Of a stretch of DNA of 36,118 bases, positions 9,201-16,196 are shown piece by piece (the stretch's first letter is position 1; every line of letters starts with the position of its first letter). The notes under the pieces were generated by a model. It was not told the origin of the DNA. It saw only the letters and a program-made list of their open reading frames with translations, and did no database searches. The translations under genes were made by a program, and so were the position numbers. The DNA lies in IMG/VR virus record IMGVR_UViG_2788499801_000001, positions 1 through 36,118 of that record. One strand, written 5' to 3'. Source of the DNA: a virus.

Positions 9201-9271
9201 TTCATAAATGCCCCTGTATGCGGCGAGTAATTGTTGTTGTTTTTAATGGGATTGGCCTTGCGACAAAGGCG

Positions 9272-9345
9272 TAAAAACAGGCCCGACCCTATCGGAAGTT
9301 TTAACCGCTGTGCAAACGGTTCAAGGATGGGAAGTGGGTCGGACC
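9272..9345 (-). terminator. Large GC-rich stem-loop plus U-tract in the late leader (second terminator, or antitermination target candidate)
   Basis: On the minus strand, GGTCCGACCC (9345-9336) pairs with GGGTCGGGCC (9289-9280): 10 bp with one G-U. It encloses an inner AACCG/CGGTT hairpin and is followed by TGTTTTT. Confidence 0.4.
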
Positions 9346-9365
9346 TGGTTGGTCTTATTTTAGGT

Positions 9366-9395
9366 ACAAAAAAACCCGCGTTTAGCAGGTTTTTC
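9366..9395 (-). terminator. Rho-independent terminator-like hairpin after the early operon / late-promoter leader
   Basis: Minus strand reads AAAAACCTGC-TAAAC-GCGGGTTTTTTT: a 5-bp GC core with one G-U, extendable by A-U pairs, then a 7-T run. Confidence 0.45.
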
Positions 9396-9420
9396 TGGGC
9401 AAACGCGCCCATCACCAACA

Positions 9421-9448
9421 ATAATACGCTTTTTTAGGGATTTAGCAA
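9421..9448 (-). promoter_or_regulatory. Candidate sigma70-type late promoter
   Basis: Minus strand has TTGCTA (9448-9443), a 16-nt spacer, then TATTAT (9426-9421). It lies directly after the last early ORF and about 215 nt upstream of the first late gene. Confidence 0.4.
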
Positions 9449-9453
9449 GTGTT

Positions 9454-9522
9454 TTAATTCTTAAAATATAACCAAAGTCCGATTAATATCAGGATGATGG
9501 TTGCGATAATCTTGTCTTTCAT
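9454..9522 (-). CDS. 22-aa hydrophobic micro-protein (MKDKIIATIILILIGLWLYFKN)
   Basis: Below the ORF-track cutoff. ATGA overlap with the stop of the upstream 130-aa gene. Single predicted TM helix, TAA stop at 9454-9456. Confidence 0.4.
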   Translation of the reverse strand: MKDKIIATIILILIGLWLYFKN

Positions 9523-9911
9523 AGCCATTTCCAAAATTTATCACGCGCCCTTTTCAATCCGGCAATTTCCCATTTATCACGATAATGCTTAGTCAACAGC
9601 ATGGCTGTCTGCATGTCGTGAATCATGCAGCGAATCATTCCGGCCTGCACCCGTTCCGCGCTGTCGTGGTCAATGTACACCAGGGCATCAGGGAAGTTTG
9701 CATCCTGCCGATTGATAACCTGATCGTGCCAGCTTGCGCCGTTTGCGTGTTCCCTCGGCCCATCCTGCCATTCATCGTTGATATGTGCTGCCCAATTTTT
9801 GAGCGAAAAATGTATAGCATCATCCCGTTGTTTCATCTTATCCCGCCTCGCGCTCATCGGTCCTGTAATCCTTTCTAAGTATTTTTTCCAAATTAGATTC
9901 TGGCCTTTCAT
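9519..9911 (-). CDS. Hypothetical protein; last early gene (late-regulator candidate by position only)
   Basis: 130 aa from ATG 9911. An alternative start at ATG 9836 (MKQRDD..., GAGG upstream) applies if the overlapping zinc-ribbon ORF is real. No recognised Q-family motif. Confidence 0.6.
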   Translation of the reverse strand: MKGQNLIWKKYLERITGPMSARRDKMKQRDDAIHFSLKNWAAHINDEWQDGPREHANGASWHDQVINRQDANFPDALVYIDHDSAERVQAGMIRCMIHDMQTAMLLTKHYRDKWEIAGLKRARDKFWKWL

Positions 9912-10008
9912 CGGCAGGGTAAAACCGGCGCCGGCAGATTAAACATTGCCACACGCCTTTTTCGTACTGCTTGACGGTTTCGCAGTGTGGTTTGCAGTAT
10001 TTATTCAC
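9838..10008 (-). CDS. Alternative 56-aa zinc-ribbon ORF (VNKYCKPHCETVKQYEKGVWQCLICRRRF...)
   Basis: GTG start at 10008 with GGAG 8-11 nt upstream. C-x3-C-x14-C-x2-C pattern. It fills the 89-nt gap between 9911 and 10001, and its TAA sits 1 nt before ATG 9836. Mutually exclusive with the N-terminal 25 aa of the 9519-9911 model. Confidence 0.3.
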   Translation of the reverse strand: MNKYCKPHCETVKQYEKGVWQCLICRRRFYPADERPESNLEKILRKDYRTDEREAG

Positions 10009-10435
10009 CGACCCGCTCCAAAATAACTAACCCGCCTTTTGTCCGTCTGTTCAATCGTTTCCATCCTGCCTTGATAAAGCAAAATCCAGGGTTTGTTGAT
10101 CTGATTGCTGCCGCACTGACGTAGGTGTAATGCCTGCAACAAGACCAGATTCGATCAGCGATCGCATCCGCTTGGCGTATGAGCTCGCTGGACTGGATAT
10201 GGCTTTCGTTTCGGAATATGGCGCAGTTAATACCGCATTCACCGCTGCCGTCGATGAACCTGCGCCACACAAACATTGCATCCGCTGTTTTTGTTCTGAG
10301 GACAATTTTTTCCCCTGGCCCCACAAACAACTTTCGCTCACGTCCGTCTTTGTATTGGTAGCAGCTGTAATGTTTTTCATATAAACCTAAACAATCTTTA
10401 TCACCGTCCTTTGTAAGCCACCACAAAGGTTTCAT
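10001..10435 (-). CDS. Conserved-looking hypothetical protein (weak GNAT-like C-terminal motif)
   Basis: 144 aa. The segments GINCAIFRNE and NPGFCFIKAGWKR resemble acetyltransferase-fold motifs, but this is weak. Confidence 0.6.
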   Translation of the reverse strand: MKPLWWLTKDGDKDCLGLYEKHYSCYQYKDGRERKLFVGPGEKIVLRTKTADAMFVWRRFIDGSGECGINCAIFRNESHIQSSELIRQADAIADRIWSCCRHYTYVSAAAIRSTNPGFCFIKAGWKRLNRRTKGGLVILERVGE

Positions 10436-10500
10436 ATCCCGATAACCTCAAGCGCCTGGTTGACTGAATTGACGGTTTCACATTGGCAGGGTTTATTCAT
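10432..10500 (-). CDS. 22-aa bridging micro-ORF (MNKPCQCETVNSVNQALEVIGI)
   Basis: Its ATG shares the A of the rusA TGA (TGATG), and its TGA overlaps the ATG of the next gene (ATGA). It exactly fills the 64-nt gap. Confidence 0.3.
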   Translation of the reverse strand: MNKPCQCETVNSVNQALEVIGI

Positions 10501-10853
10501 CACTTAACCTCAAACAAAATAAAGCCTGTGTCTGTCCATACTTTTTTTACCCCACTCAGGGTATGTACGCATGAATCATCGGCATAAACAGCATCCAGCA
10601 ACGCTTTCAGCAAATTATCTATATCAGGCTTTTGTGTGTGTGGTTTGCCCAACATTTGTGCTTTCTTTTTCTTTGTCCATGATTTTGGCATTGGCAAGCC
10701 AAATGTAAGCGTATAGCCGTTCAAATCTATTGCTCCTAGCCTCAGCCTTAGTTCATCAGCAAATGCCCTGTACCGCATTACAGGCGGTCTTTGCTTCCAT
10801 TTATCAGCGCGTGTCTGCCTTGGTTTCGGCACAGGCGTGATATTTAAAATCAT
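10500..10853 (-). CDS. rusA: RusA-family Holliday junction resolvase
   Basis: 117 aa. KPDIDNLLKALLDAVYADD matches the RusA catalytic Asp region. Typical size and typical lambdoid nin-region context. Confidence 0.85.
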   Translation of the reverse strand: MILNITPVPKPRQTRADKWKQRPPVMRYRAFADELRLRLGAIDLNGYTLTFGLPMPKSWTKKKKAQMLGKPHTQKPDIDNLLKALLDAVYADDSCVHTLSGVKKVWTDTGFILFEVK

Positions 10854-11131
10854 TCATCTAACCCATAATGGTTTTCTGATACGGGCGGTAATGCTCTCCA
10901 GCGTGCTTTTGCTCTGTTGATTGATTTCTGCCTCGACTGCCTGACAAAATCCAACGGCATCCAGTGACCATCTCGCCAATGCCGACCGCATCGAATGCAC
11001 GTTGAATGCCACCCATACCAAGGGGTAAAAAATGACAGCATCCGTGTCCTTTTGCCGCAATCATTACATACAATCGCGTCCATCACTTTCGCTGTTACTG
11101 CCGGTGAGTGGATATGGATATGTGTACTCAC
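10850..11131 (-). CDS. Zinc-finger-like small protein
   Basis: 93 aa. CNDCG ... CIRCG pairs. GTG start; the start is uncertain. ATGA overlap with the rusA start. Confidence 0.55.
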   Translation of the reverse strand: MSTHIHIHSPAVTAKVMDAIVCNDCGKRTRMLSFFTPWYGWHSTCIRCGRHWRDGHWMPLDFVRQSRQKSINRAKARWRALPPVSENHYGLDE

Positions 11132-11206
11132 ACCTCACCCCCAACCGTCCTCGACTCAAATTTCTTGGCGTAGGTCATTTGGCACCACAATGAAGGCAAT
11201 GGGTGT

Positions 11207-11464
11207 TCATTTTCTGCCCCTAATCGCCTTAATGTGTGATTCGAGTATGCTTGCTTTTGGCCTATATTTCGCTCCAGCAAGCACTTTCCAGTTCTGCCGG
11301 TATTCCTCATCAAGCCACCAATCAGCATGGGCAGAAAACTCGCATCTGCCACATATATGAATCTCTCCGGTTTCATCCCATTTGTTTACAATTTTTCCGT
11401 GATTTTTACCAGAACAATGACAGCACGAACACCGTTGTTTTTCACCGCATCTTGGGCATTGCAT
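11207..11464 (-). CDS. Cys-rich zinc-ribbon protein
   Basis: 85 aa from ATG 11464, with AAGG 5 nt upstream. Contains MQCPRCGEKQRCSCCHCSG ... ICGRCE. Preferred over the overlapping frame 11128-11376. Confidence 0.6.
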   Translation of the reverse strand: MQCPRCGEKQRCSCCHCSGKNHGKIVNKWDETGEIHICGRCEFSAHADWWLDEEYRQNWKVLAGAKYRPKASILESHIKAIRGRK

Positions 11465-11500
11465 ACTCACCTTGTACCCCCAATCGTGATAAGCCCTTTA

Positions 11501-11827
11501 TCAATCAGCTTGGCCTCTAGTTTTGCTATCTTGGTTCTGGCTTTCCATAAAGCCTCGATGACAGCTAACAGACCGGTTTACCTTTTCCAGCAATTCCGCT
11601 TCCGTACCAAAATTACGCTCAAATGATCGCCTTCCGCTGTGTACTGCCGTTCCAATGTTGCCGCCGGTATGGTGCGTGAAACAAAGCGGGATCGTATGAA
11701 AGTGATTTTTCCTGCCGCCCAATCTCGGCAAGTGATGTACCTGCACACCATGCGCTCCGCATACAATACATGGCATTGAACCGATCAAATTCAGATGTTC
11801 TTTTTCTGCGCGGGTTTTGTTTTTCAT
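11501..11827 (-). CDS. Ref / DUF968-like HNH-type nuclease candidate
   Basis: 108 aa. The pattern PCIVCG...VQVHHL...IPLCFTHH...AVH resembles the recombination-enhancement (Ref) / DUF968 family common in lambdoid nin regions. Confidence 0.5.
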   Translation of the reverse strand: MKNKTRAEKEHLNLIGSMPCIVCGAHGVQVHHLPRLGGRKNHFHTIPLCFTHHTGGNIGTAVHSGRRSFERNFGTEAELLEKVNRSVSCHRGFMESQNQDSKTRGQAD

Positions 11828-12237
11828 AATCTGTCCTTGCTCGGAAAATCCACTAACACGCCAAACTTTTCAGCCAGATTGCGGCTCAGCAATTCGTAAA
11901 CCTCGCTTACTTCATTTCGTTCCAGTTCGCTGGTTTTAGTCTTGCCGGTGAGTGGTTCCATGATCTGACCCCATAGGTTTTTCTTAACGCTGCTGAGCGA
12001 CCAGGACAGGAAAAACGAAGGCTTCATTACCTTGCGCTGGTCCAGACCGGCATCGTTCAATGTGTCAGCCAACATGGTGAAATATTTGTGCATGGCGTTA
12101 TTCTGCTTTGTGGTTCTTACGCCAAATCTAATCTCGGCAATCAATCCATGTTCCGGTATGTTTACGTTCAGAAGTTCGCTTGCATAGGCTTTCAGTTCTT
12201 CGGGATTGGTTATGTAGTGCTTGCCGCGAATGTTCAC
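11824..12237 (-). CDS. NinB (Orf)-like recombination mediator candidate
   Basis: 137 aa from GTG 12237, with GTGA overlap onto the dnaB stop and GGAAGGA SD. The TTG at 12258 is less likely. TKQNNAMHKYFTMLADTLND resembles the NinB DQN..LW..L segment. Confidence 0.45.
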   Translation of the reverse strand: MNIRGKHYITNPEELKAYASELLNVNIPEHGLIAEIRFGVRTTKQNNAMHKYFTMLADTLNDAGLDQRKVMKPSFFLSWSLSSVKKNLWGQIMEPLTGKTKTSELERNEVSEVYELLSRNLAEKFGVLVDFPSKDRL

Positions 12238-13481
12238 GCCATCCTTCCCGCTGTCCAATTAACGGCAAGATTGGTGAACCGCTGATATTTGCCATGCCAT
12301 GCAACCGTGGCTGTACCTGTTTCCCCGTCCCGGTTTTTACCAACGATCAAATCAGCCTCGCCGCGTCTGTCGGAACTGTCCCGCTGCTCTGGGCGGTCTA
12401 CGAAAATGACCAAATCCGCGTCCTGCTCAAGCTGGCCGGATTCGCGTAATTGCGACAAGGCTGGCACGGGATTGATTCTGTTTTCAGATTCGCGGTTTAA
12501 CTGAGCCAGCGCCAACACTGGAACATTCAGGTTCTTAGCCAGCGCCTTCAAGCGCCTGGATACCTCAGAGACAACCTCGAGCCGTTTCTCAGCCTTGCAT
12601 GTGACCAGTTGCAAGTAATCAACGCATATCAGCCCACAACCATGTTTTTTGACCATTCGCCGCGCTTCGGTTTCCAGTGCGTTGATTGAAAGGCCACCGA
12701 TGTCGTTGATGTAAACCTGGTTGGCCTTGTCGATGTGCTGCATTGCCGTTGTGATTTTCGGCCAATCGCTGTCTGTCAGTGTCTTGGGGCGTTGCAGTCT
12801 GCCGTGATCAACACCAAACGATGAAACGCGCCGCCGCATTAAACTCACTGTTGGCATTTCCAGCGAGAATATACCCACCGGACAGGTTGTCATGGCTACG
12901 TGATTGGCTATGTTGACCATCAAAACCGTCTTGCCCATGCTTGGCCTGCCTGCTATCAGATCCAAATCACCGGCAACCATTCCGCCAACAATCCTATCCA
13001 GTTCTTTTAGCCCGGTAGACAGGCCGATAATCTCACTATCGCCCTTGGCTTCAAGGTCTTCCATAAACGCCTTGAGCGCGGTCCTGCTGTCAACAGTCTC
13101 AGCCCTTGCCGTGGTGTCCCCCAAGCCTTCAAGTGCCGCCTGTGCCGCCTCGTGGTCGCCTGTGGCCGATAGCTGAGCGCCAATGTCACGCGCACGGTTT
13201 TCCGTGAACTGAATCTGCAATTCCTTGATGTGAGCGCCCAAGGTTGCAGCCGATGAAAAGTTCCCGGCCACCCGCTGAATCAGTTCCGTATGTTCCGGTA
13301 TTTTTTCAGCAACCGTGATCGTGTCAACAAGTCGGTCTGCATGGTGCAGTGATTCAATCGCCTGGAATACCGTGGCAAGATCACCGTCAAACATATCCGC
13401 GCTGAGTGTAGCCGCGTGGTCTTCCCAGGCGGTCTTGCCGTGGGTCAGCAGGCCGGATAAAACTGTCTGTTGGAAACTCAT
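12234..13481 (-). CDS. dnaB: Replicative DNA helicase DnaB
   Basis: 415 aa. Walker A GRPSMGKTVLMVN, with FSLEM, VDYLQL and LAQLNRE motifs in DnaB order. Confidence 0.9.
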   Translation of the reverse strand: MSFQQTVLSGLLTHGKTAWEDHAATLSADMFDGDLATVFQAIESLHHADRLVDTITVAEKIPEHTELIQRVAGNFSSAATLGAHIKELQIQFTENRARDIGAQLSATGDHEAAQAALEGLGDTTARAETVDSRTALKAFMEDLEAKGDSEIIGLSTGLKELDRIVGGMVAGDLDLIAGRPSMGKTVLMVNIANHVAMTTCPVGIFSLEMPTVSLMRRRVSSFGVDHGRLQRPKTLTDSDWPKITTAMQHIDKANQVYINDIGGLSINALETEARRMVKKHGCGLICVDYLQLVTCKAEKRLEVVSEVSRRLKALAKNLNVPVLALAQLNRESENRINPVPALSQLRESGQLEQDADLVIFVDRPEQRDSSDRRGEADLIVGKNRDGETGTATVAWHGKYQRFTNLAVNWTAGRMA

Positions 13482-14275
13482 AGGCTCATCCCCGTTTGCT
13501 GGCTGATTATTTTTCGAGCGTCAAATGCTTTGCAGTTTGGTGGCAGCGTAAGCCCAAGCCTGTCAACCAGCCGCTGAATGTCAGCAGGCGTGTCCGGTAC
13601 TTTCCCCAACACCGTCCAGGGTTGTTTCCAGTGTTCGTCACCGTTCAGGAATGTGGACATGTGCATGATTTTGTTTGGCGGGGTTTGGTTGGCTACGCAC
13701 TGAGCCATGTACCGATCAATACCGGCTTGCAGGTCAGCAGGTGGTATCTTTGCCCTGATACGCGCATTCCATGCCTTGACAGCCCGTTTGTTGTTGTCGT
13801 TTGGGTTTCGTGGCTTGTAGGCTTTTCTTGCTTTTTGGTACTCCGCGTCCGGTTCGCCAGAATCGGACATGTTTTTACTTCCCTTGGCTTGGCTTGGCTT
13901 GTAGTGGCTTGTTATGTCCTTACTTAAGTCTTTACTTAAGTCCGTACTTATGAACTCCTTACGCTCTTTCTTAAGTTTGGCTCTTACCCAGTTTGGGCAG
14001 TGTTCAGACCAATCATGAATAACTATTCTATGTTCGTCGTGTTCATCACAAAACCCGCTGACAATCAAAGCCTTAGCAAATGCTTCCGGTTCTTCACTCC
14101 ACTGTGCGGCGTGGGCAATTACAGCATCACTCCACCGTCCTATATTTCCCCGTGGGGTTTTCTGTGCGACAAACGCCCAAAGCAATTCCAGGTGTCCGAT
14201 TGCTTGCGGAATACATACACCTAGTTGTACGGCAAGCTCGATAGTTTTAGGGTGGTTTAGTGCGTCAATTTTCAC
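13478..14275 (-). CDS. Replication organizer / initiator protein
   Basis: 265 aa. GTG start. ATGA overlap with dnaB. The N-terminal HPKTIELAVQLG...HLELLWAF...IHDW resembles phage replisome-organizer N-domains. A low-complexity linker contains DNA repeats. Confidence 0.55.
   Translation of the reverse strand: MKIDALNHPKTIELAVQLGVCIPQAIGHLELLWAFVAQKTPRGNIGRWSDAVIAHAAQWSEEPEAFAKALIVSGFCDEHDEHRIVIHDWSEHCPNWVRAKLKKERKEFISTDLSKDLSKDITSHYKPSQAKGSKNMSDSGEPDAEYQKARKAYKPRNPNDNNKRAVKAWNARIRAKIPPADLQAGIDRYMAQCVANQTPPNKIMHMSTFLNGDEHWKQPWTVLGKVPDTPADIQRLVDRLGLTLPPNCKAFDARKIISQQTGMSL
13886..13954. repeat. Short tandem repeats inside the replication gene (origin iteron candidates)
   Basis: TTGGC x3 at 13885-13899. 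Then three 12-bp units: CTTACTTAAGTC (13919-13930), TTTACTTAAGTC (13931-13942) and CGTACTTATGAA (13943-13954). Confidence 0.4.
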
Positions 14276-14278
14276 TGC

Positions 14279-14482
14279 TCAGATAAGCCCCATTTTTCGT
14301 TCAAGATAAGCCACATATTCCGGCGACCTGGTTGCATGTAGCCGCGCATGTTCAGCACACAATCTGCGTTGTTCTTTTTTGTCTGTTGCGTACGGTTGAG
14401 CGTTTGTGAGCATGGTTAATCTATGCTCAAGTTTCTGGTCGGCAATGGTTGGTTTGTATGCTGGTATTGCTGCGAGATTCAT
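14279..14482 (-). CDS. Hypothetical protein
   Basis: 67 aa. ATGA overlap with the upstream methyltransferase stop. Confidence 0.6.
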   Translation of the reverse strand: MNLAAIPAYKPTIADQKLEHRLTMLTNAQPYATDKKEQRRLCAEHARLHATRSPEYVAYLERKMGLI

Positions 14483-15252
14483 TCGAATAACCTCCCCTGG
14501 GCTTGCGCTGCTTCGATTCTTTCACATGCAATATCGAAATACTTTGGTTCTATCTCTATGCCGATAAATTTGCGCCCAAGATTGGCGCAGGCTACGCCCG
14601 TGCTTCCACTGCCCATGAATGGATCAAGAATCACATCAGATGGATATGCTGCTATCAGTTCTTCAGAAAAGCCAACAGGAAACCGGGCCGGGTGGTCAAA
14701 GTCCCGCCTCATTTCCCTATTGACGCGGATAACTGAATCACTGATTCGGTGAGTATTTACCATGTCACCAGCACCCGTGGCTTTTGATGACGTACCATCT
14801 TTTTTTGTCAGTGCTGTGTTTGAAATTTTCCGGCCTACACTTACGCATTGCTTTGTTTTGTTTGGTTGAATTGGTTTATGGCAAAAGTGGAGAATAAACT
14901 CAAACGATGGTGCTAATCTCCCACTCCAATTGCCAGGCAAACCAAAACCCTGATCCCATACATACCAACCAAACCACGGCATTGCCGCATCAAATAAACC
15001 GCGCCAATATTCAATAGGCGATCCGTTCTTATGCACCAATCCAACATTTATAAACACCTGTGTTTCATCATGGCACGGAATAAGGTCAATAAATTTCTGT
15101 GCGTCCTTCCAGTCAAAATAATCGCCCTCATACTCTCTCTGGTTTGCATATGGCGGCGAAGTCACCACCGCATCAACCTTGTCCAGTGTTGGCAGGATTT
15201 CCAGGCAGTCGCCCAGGTACAAAGTGGCATCGCCTATGCGCTCAATTCTCAT
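14479..15252 (-). CDS. Beta-class DNA methyltransferase, SPPY type (N4-cytosine-like signature)
   Basis: 257 aa. Motif IV VVTSPPY is N-terminal. HPARFP (as I recall in M.PvuII-type enzymes) and AdoMet motif I DPFMGSGSTG are C-terminal. This is the N6_N4_Mtase family order IV-TRD-I. Confidence 0.85.
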   Translation of the reverse strand: MRIERIGDATLYLGDCLEILPTLDKVDAVVTSPPYANQREYEGDYFDWKDAQKFIDLIPCHDETQVFINVGLVHKNGSPIEYWRGLFDAAMPWFGWYVWDQGFGLPGNWSGRLAPSFEFILHFCHKPIQPNKTKQCVSVGRKISNTALTKKDGTSSKATGAGDMVNTHRISDSVIRVNREMRRDFDHPARFPVGFSEELIAAYPSDVILDPFMGSGSTGVACANLGRKFIGIEIEPKYFDIACERIEAAQAQGRLFE

Positions 15253-15890
15253 TCAAATAACCTACCCTGTGCCTGTGCTGCCTCGATTCGCTCACAGGCT
15301 ATGTCGAAGTATTTGGGTTCGATTTCTATGCCGATGAATTTGCGTCCTAGATTGGCGCAAGCTACTCCGGTTGTGCCGCTGCCCATGAAGGGGTCAAGGA
15401 TTGATTTACCTTTAACCCACTTAAAGCACCACTCCATGAGTGATAAAGGTTTTTCTGTTGGATGTTGTTTGCCTCTATATTCTATAGCTGCTTCACATTG
15501 AGCCAACCTATATGTTCTTACTGGTCTATCTAAGTTCGACCATGCCATTTCTGCTTGTGCTGTTGACCATGTATCAGGTTGTTTTTTATCCCACAATAGC
15601 CAACATTTAGCGGGGGGTAAATTGAAATAATTTCCGCCCCATATAACAACTTCTCCAGCTAGGCTCGGAAATGTTTCGACTATTTTAGGCGGTTCTGCAT
15701 TCCATGACATAGTTTCGTCAGGGTGAAATTTCCATGTACTTAACTTACCGCCACCACCGCCGGAATGATTCGACCCAATCCCATAAGGTGGGTCAGTCAC
15801 AACGGCATCAACCTTGTCCAGTGTTGGTAATATCTCAATGCAATCACCCAAATACAGCGTAGCGTTGCCGATAATCACTGGTTCGTTCAC
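15249..15890 (-). CDS. Beta-class DNA methyltransferase, DPPY type (N6-adenine-like signature)
   Basis: 213 aa. GTG start with AGGGTGA SD. Motif IV VVTDPPY, HPTEKP (CcrM/HinfI-like) and motif I DPFMGSGTTG. The last 48 aa differ by one residue from the paralog downstream. Confidence 0.85.
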   Translation of the reverse strand: MNEPVIIGNATLYLGDCIEILPTLDKVDAVVTDPPYGIGSNHSGGGGGKLSTWKFHPDETMSWNAEPPKIVETFPSLAGEVVIWGGNYFNLPPAKCWLLWDKKQPDTWSTAQAEMAWSNLDRPVRTYRLAQCEAAIEYRGKQHPTEKPLSLMEWCFKWVKGKSILDPFMGSGTTGVACANLGRKFIGIEIEPKYFDIACERIEAAQAQGRLFE

Positions 15891-15920
15891 AGAATCACCC
15901 TGTCGTTATTGTGGAATAAC

Positions 15921-16151
15921 CTATGCTGCGTTGACAGCGCGCTTTATAGACGGACATGCTTCATAGGCTGTAATCTCGCCGGAAAATATTTCAGACGCTA
16001 CTACGTTTGCCAGGTCGGCAGGGAATCTGCCTGTCTTTTTCCAGTATGAAACGTGGCCGGGTTTATATGGGTGGGCAGTGATAACCGCAAGTCTTTTGGC
16101 TAATTCCAACTGACCCCCAACCCGCAATGCTGCTTGCTCTACTATGTTCAT
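15921..16151 (-). CDS. Cro / YdaS-like HTH regulator; first gene of the leftward early operon
   Basis: 76 aa. GGQLELAKRLAV...VSYWKKTGRFPADLANVVASEI..GEIT resembles the YdaS/Cro-like family. Divergent from the rightward operon. There is no SD, and the ATG lies 6 nt after a -10-like hexamer. Confidence 0.65.
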   Translation of the reverse strand: MNIVEQAALRVGGQLELAKRLAVITAHPYKPGHVSYWKKTGRFPADLANVVASEIFSGEITAYEACPSIKRAVNAA

Positions 16152-16157
16152 GGGGCT

Positions 16158-16186
16158 AGTATTGCAAAATAATTACATTTAGTCAA
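16158..16186 (-). promoter_or_regulatory. Leftward early promoter candidate (leaderless cro-like mRNA)
   Basis: Minus strand has TTGACT (16186-16181), a 17-nt spacer, AATACT (16163-16158), then 6 nt to ATG 16151. Confidence 0.5.
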
Positions 16187-16196
16187 ACGATTTTGC

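Noticed and set aside
9143-9421. 92-aa minus-strand ORF spanning the early/late intergenic region
   Set aside because: It runs through both terminator-like hairpins and the leader, overlaps the start of the first late gene out of frame, and has no SD. The region is better explained as regulatory RNA or DNA.
11128-11376. 82-aa minus-strand ORF overlapping the Cys-rich gene by 170 nt
   Set aside because: The competing frame (11207-11464) has a good SD and a coherent zinc-ribbon pattern. The 82-aa product looks non-protein-like. Its GTGA junction with the next gene is noted but is not enough.
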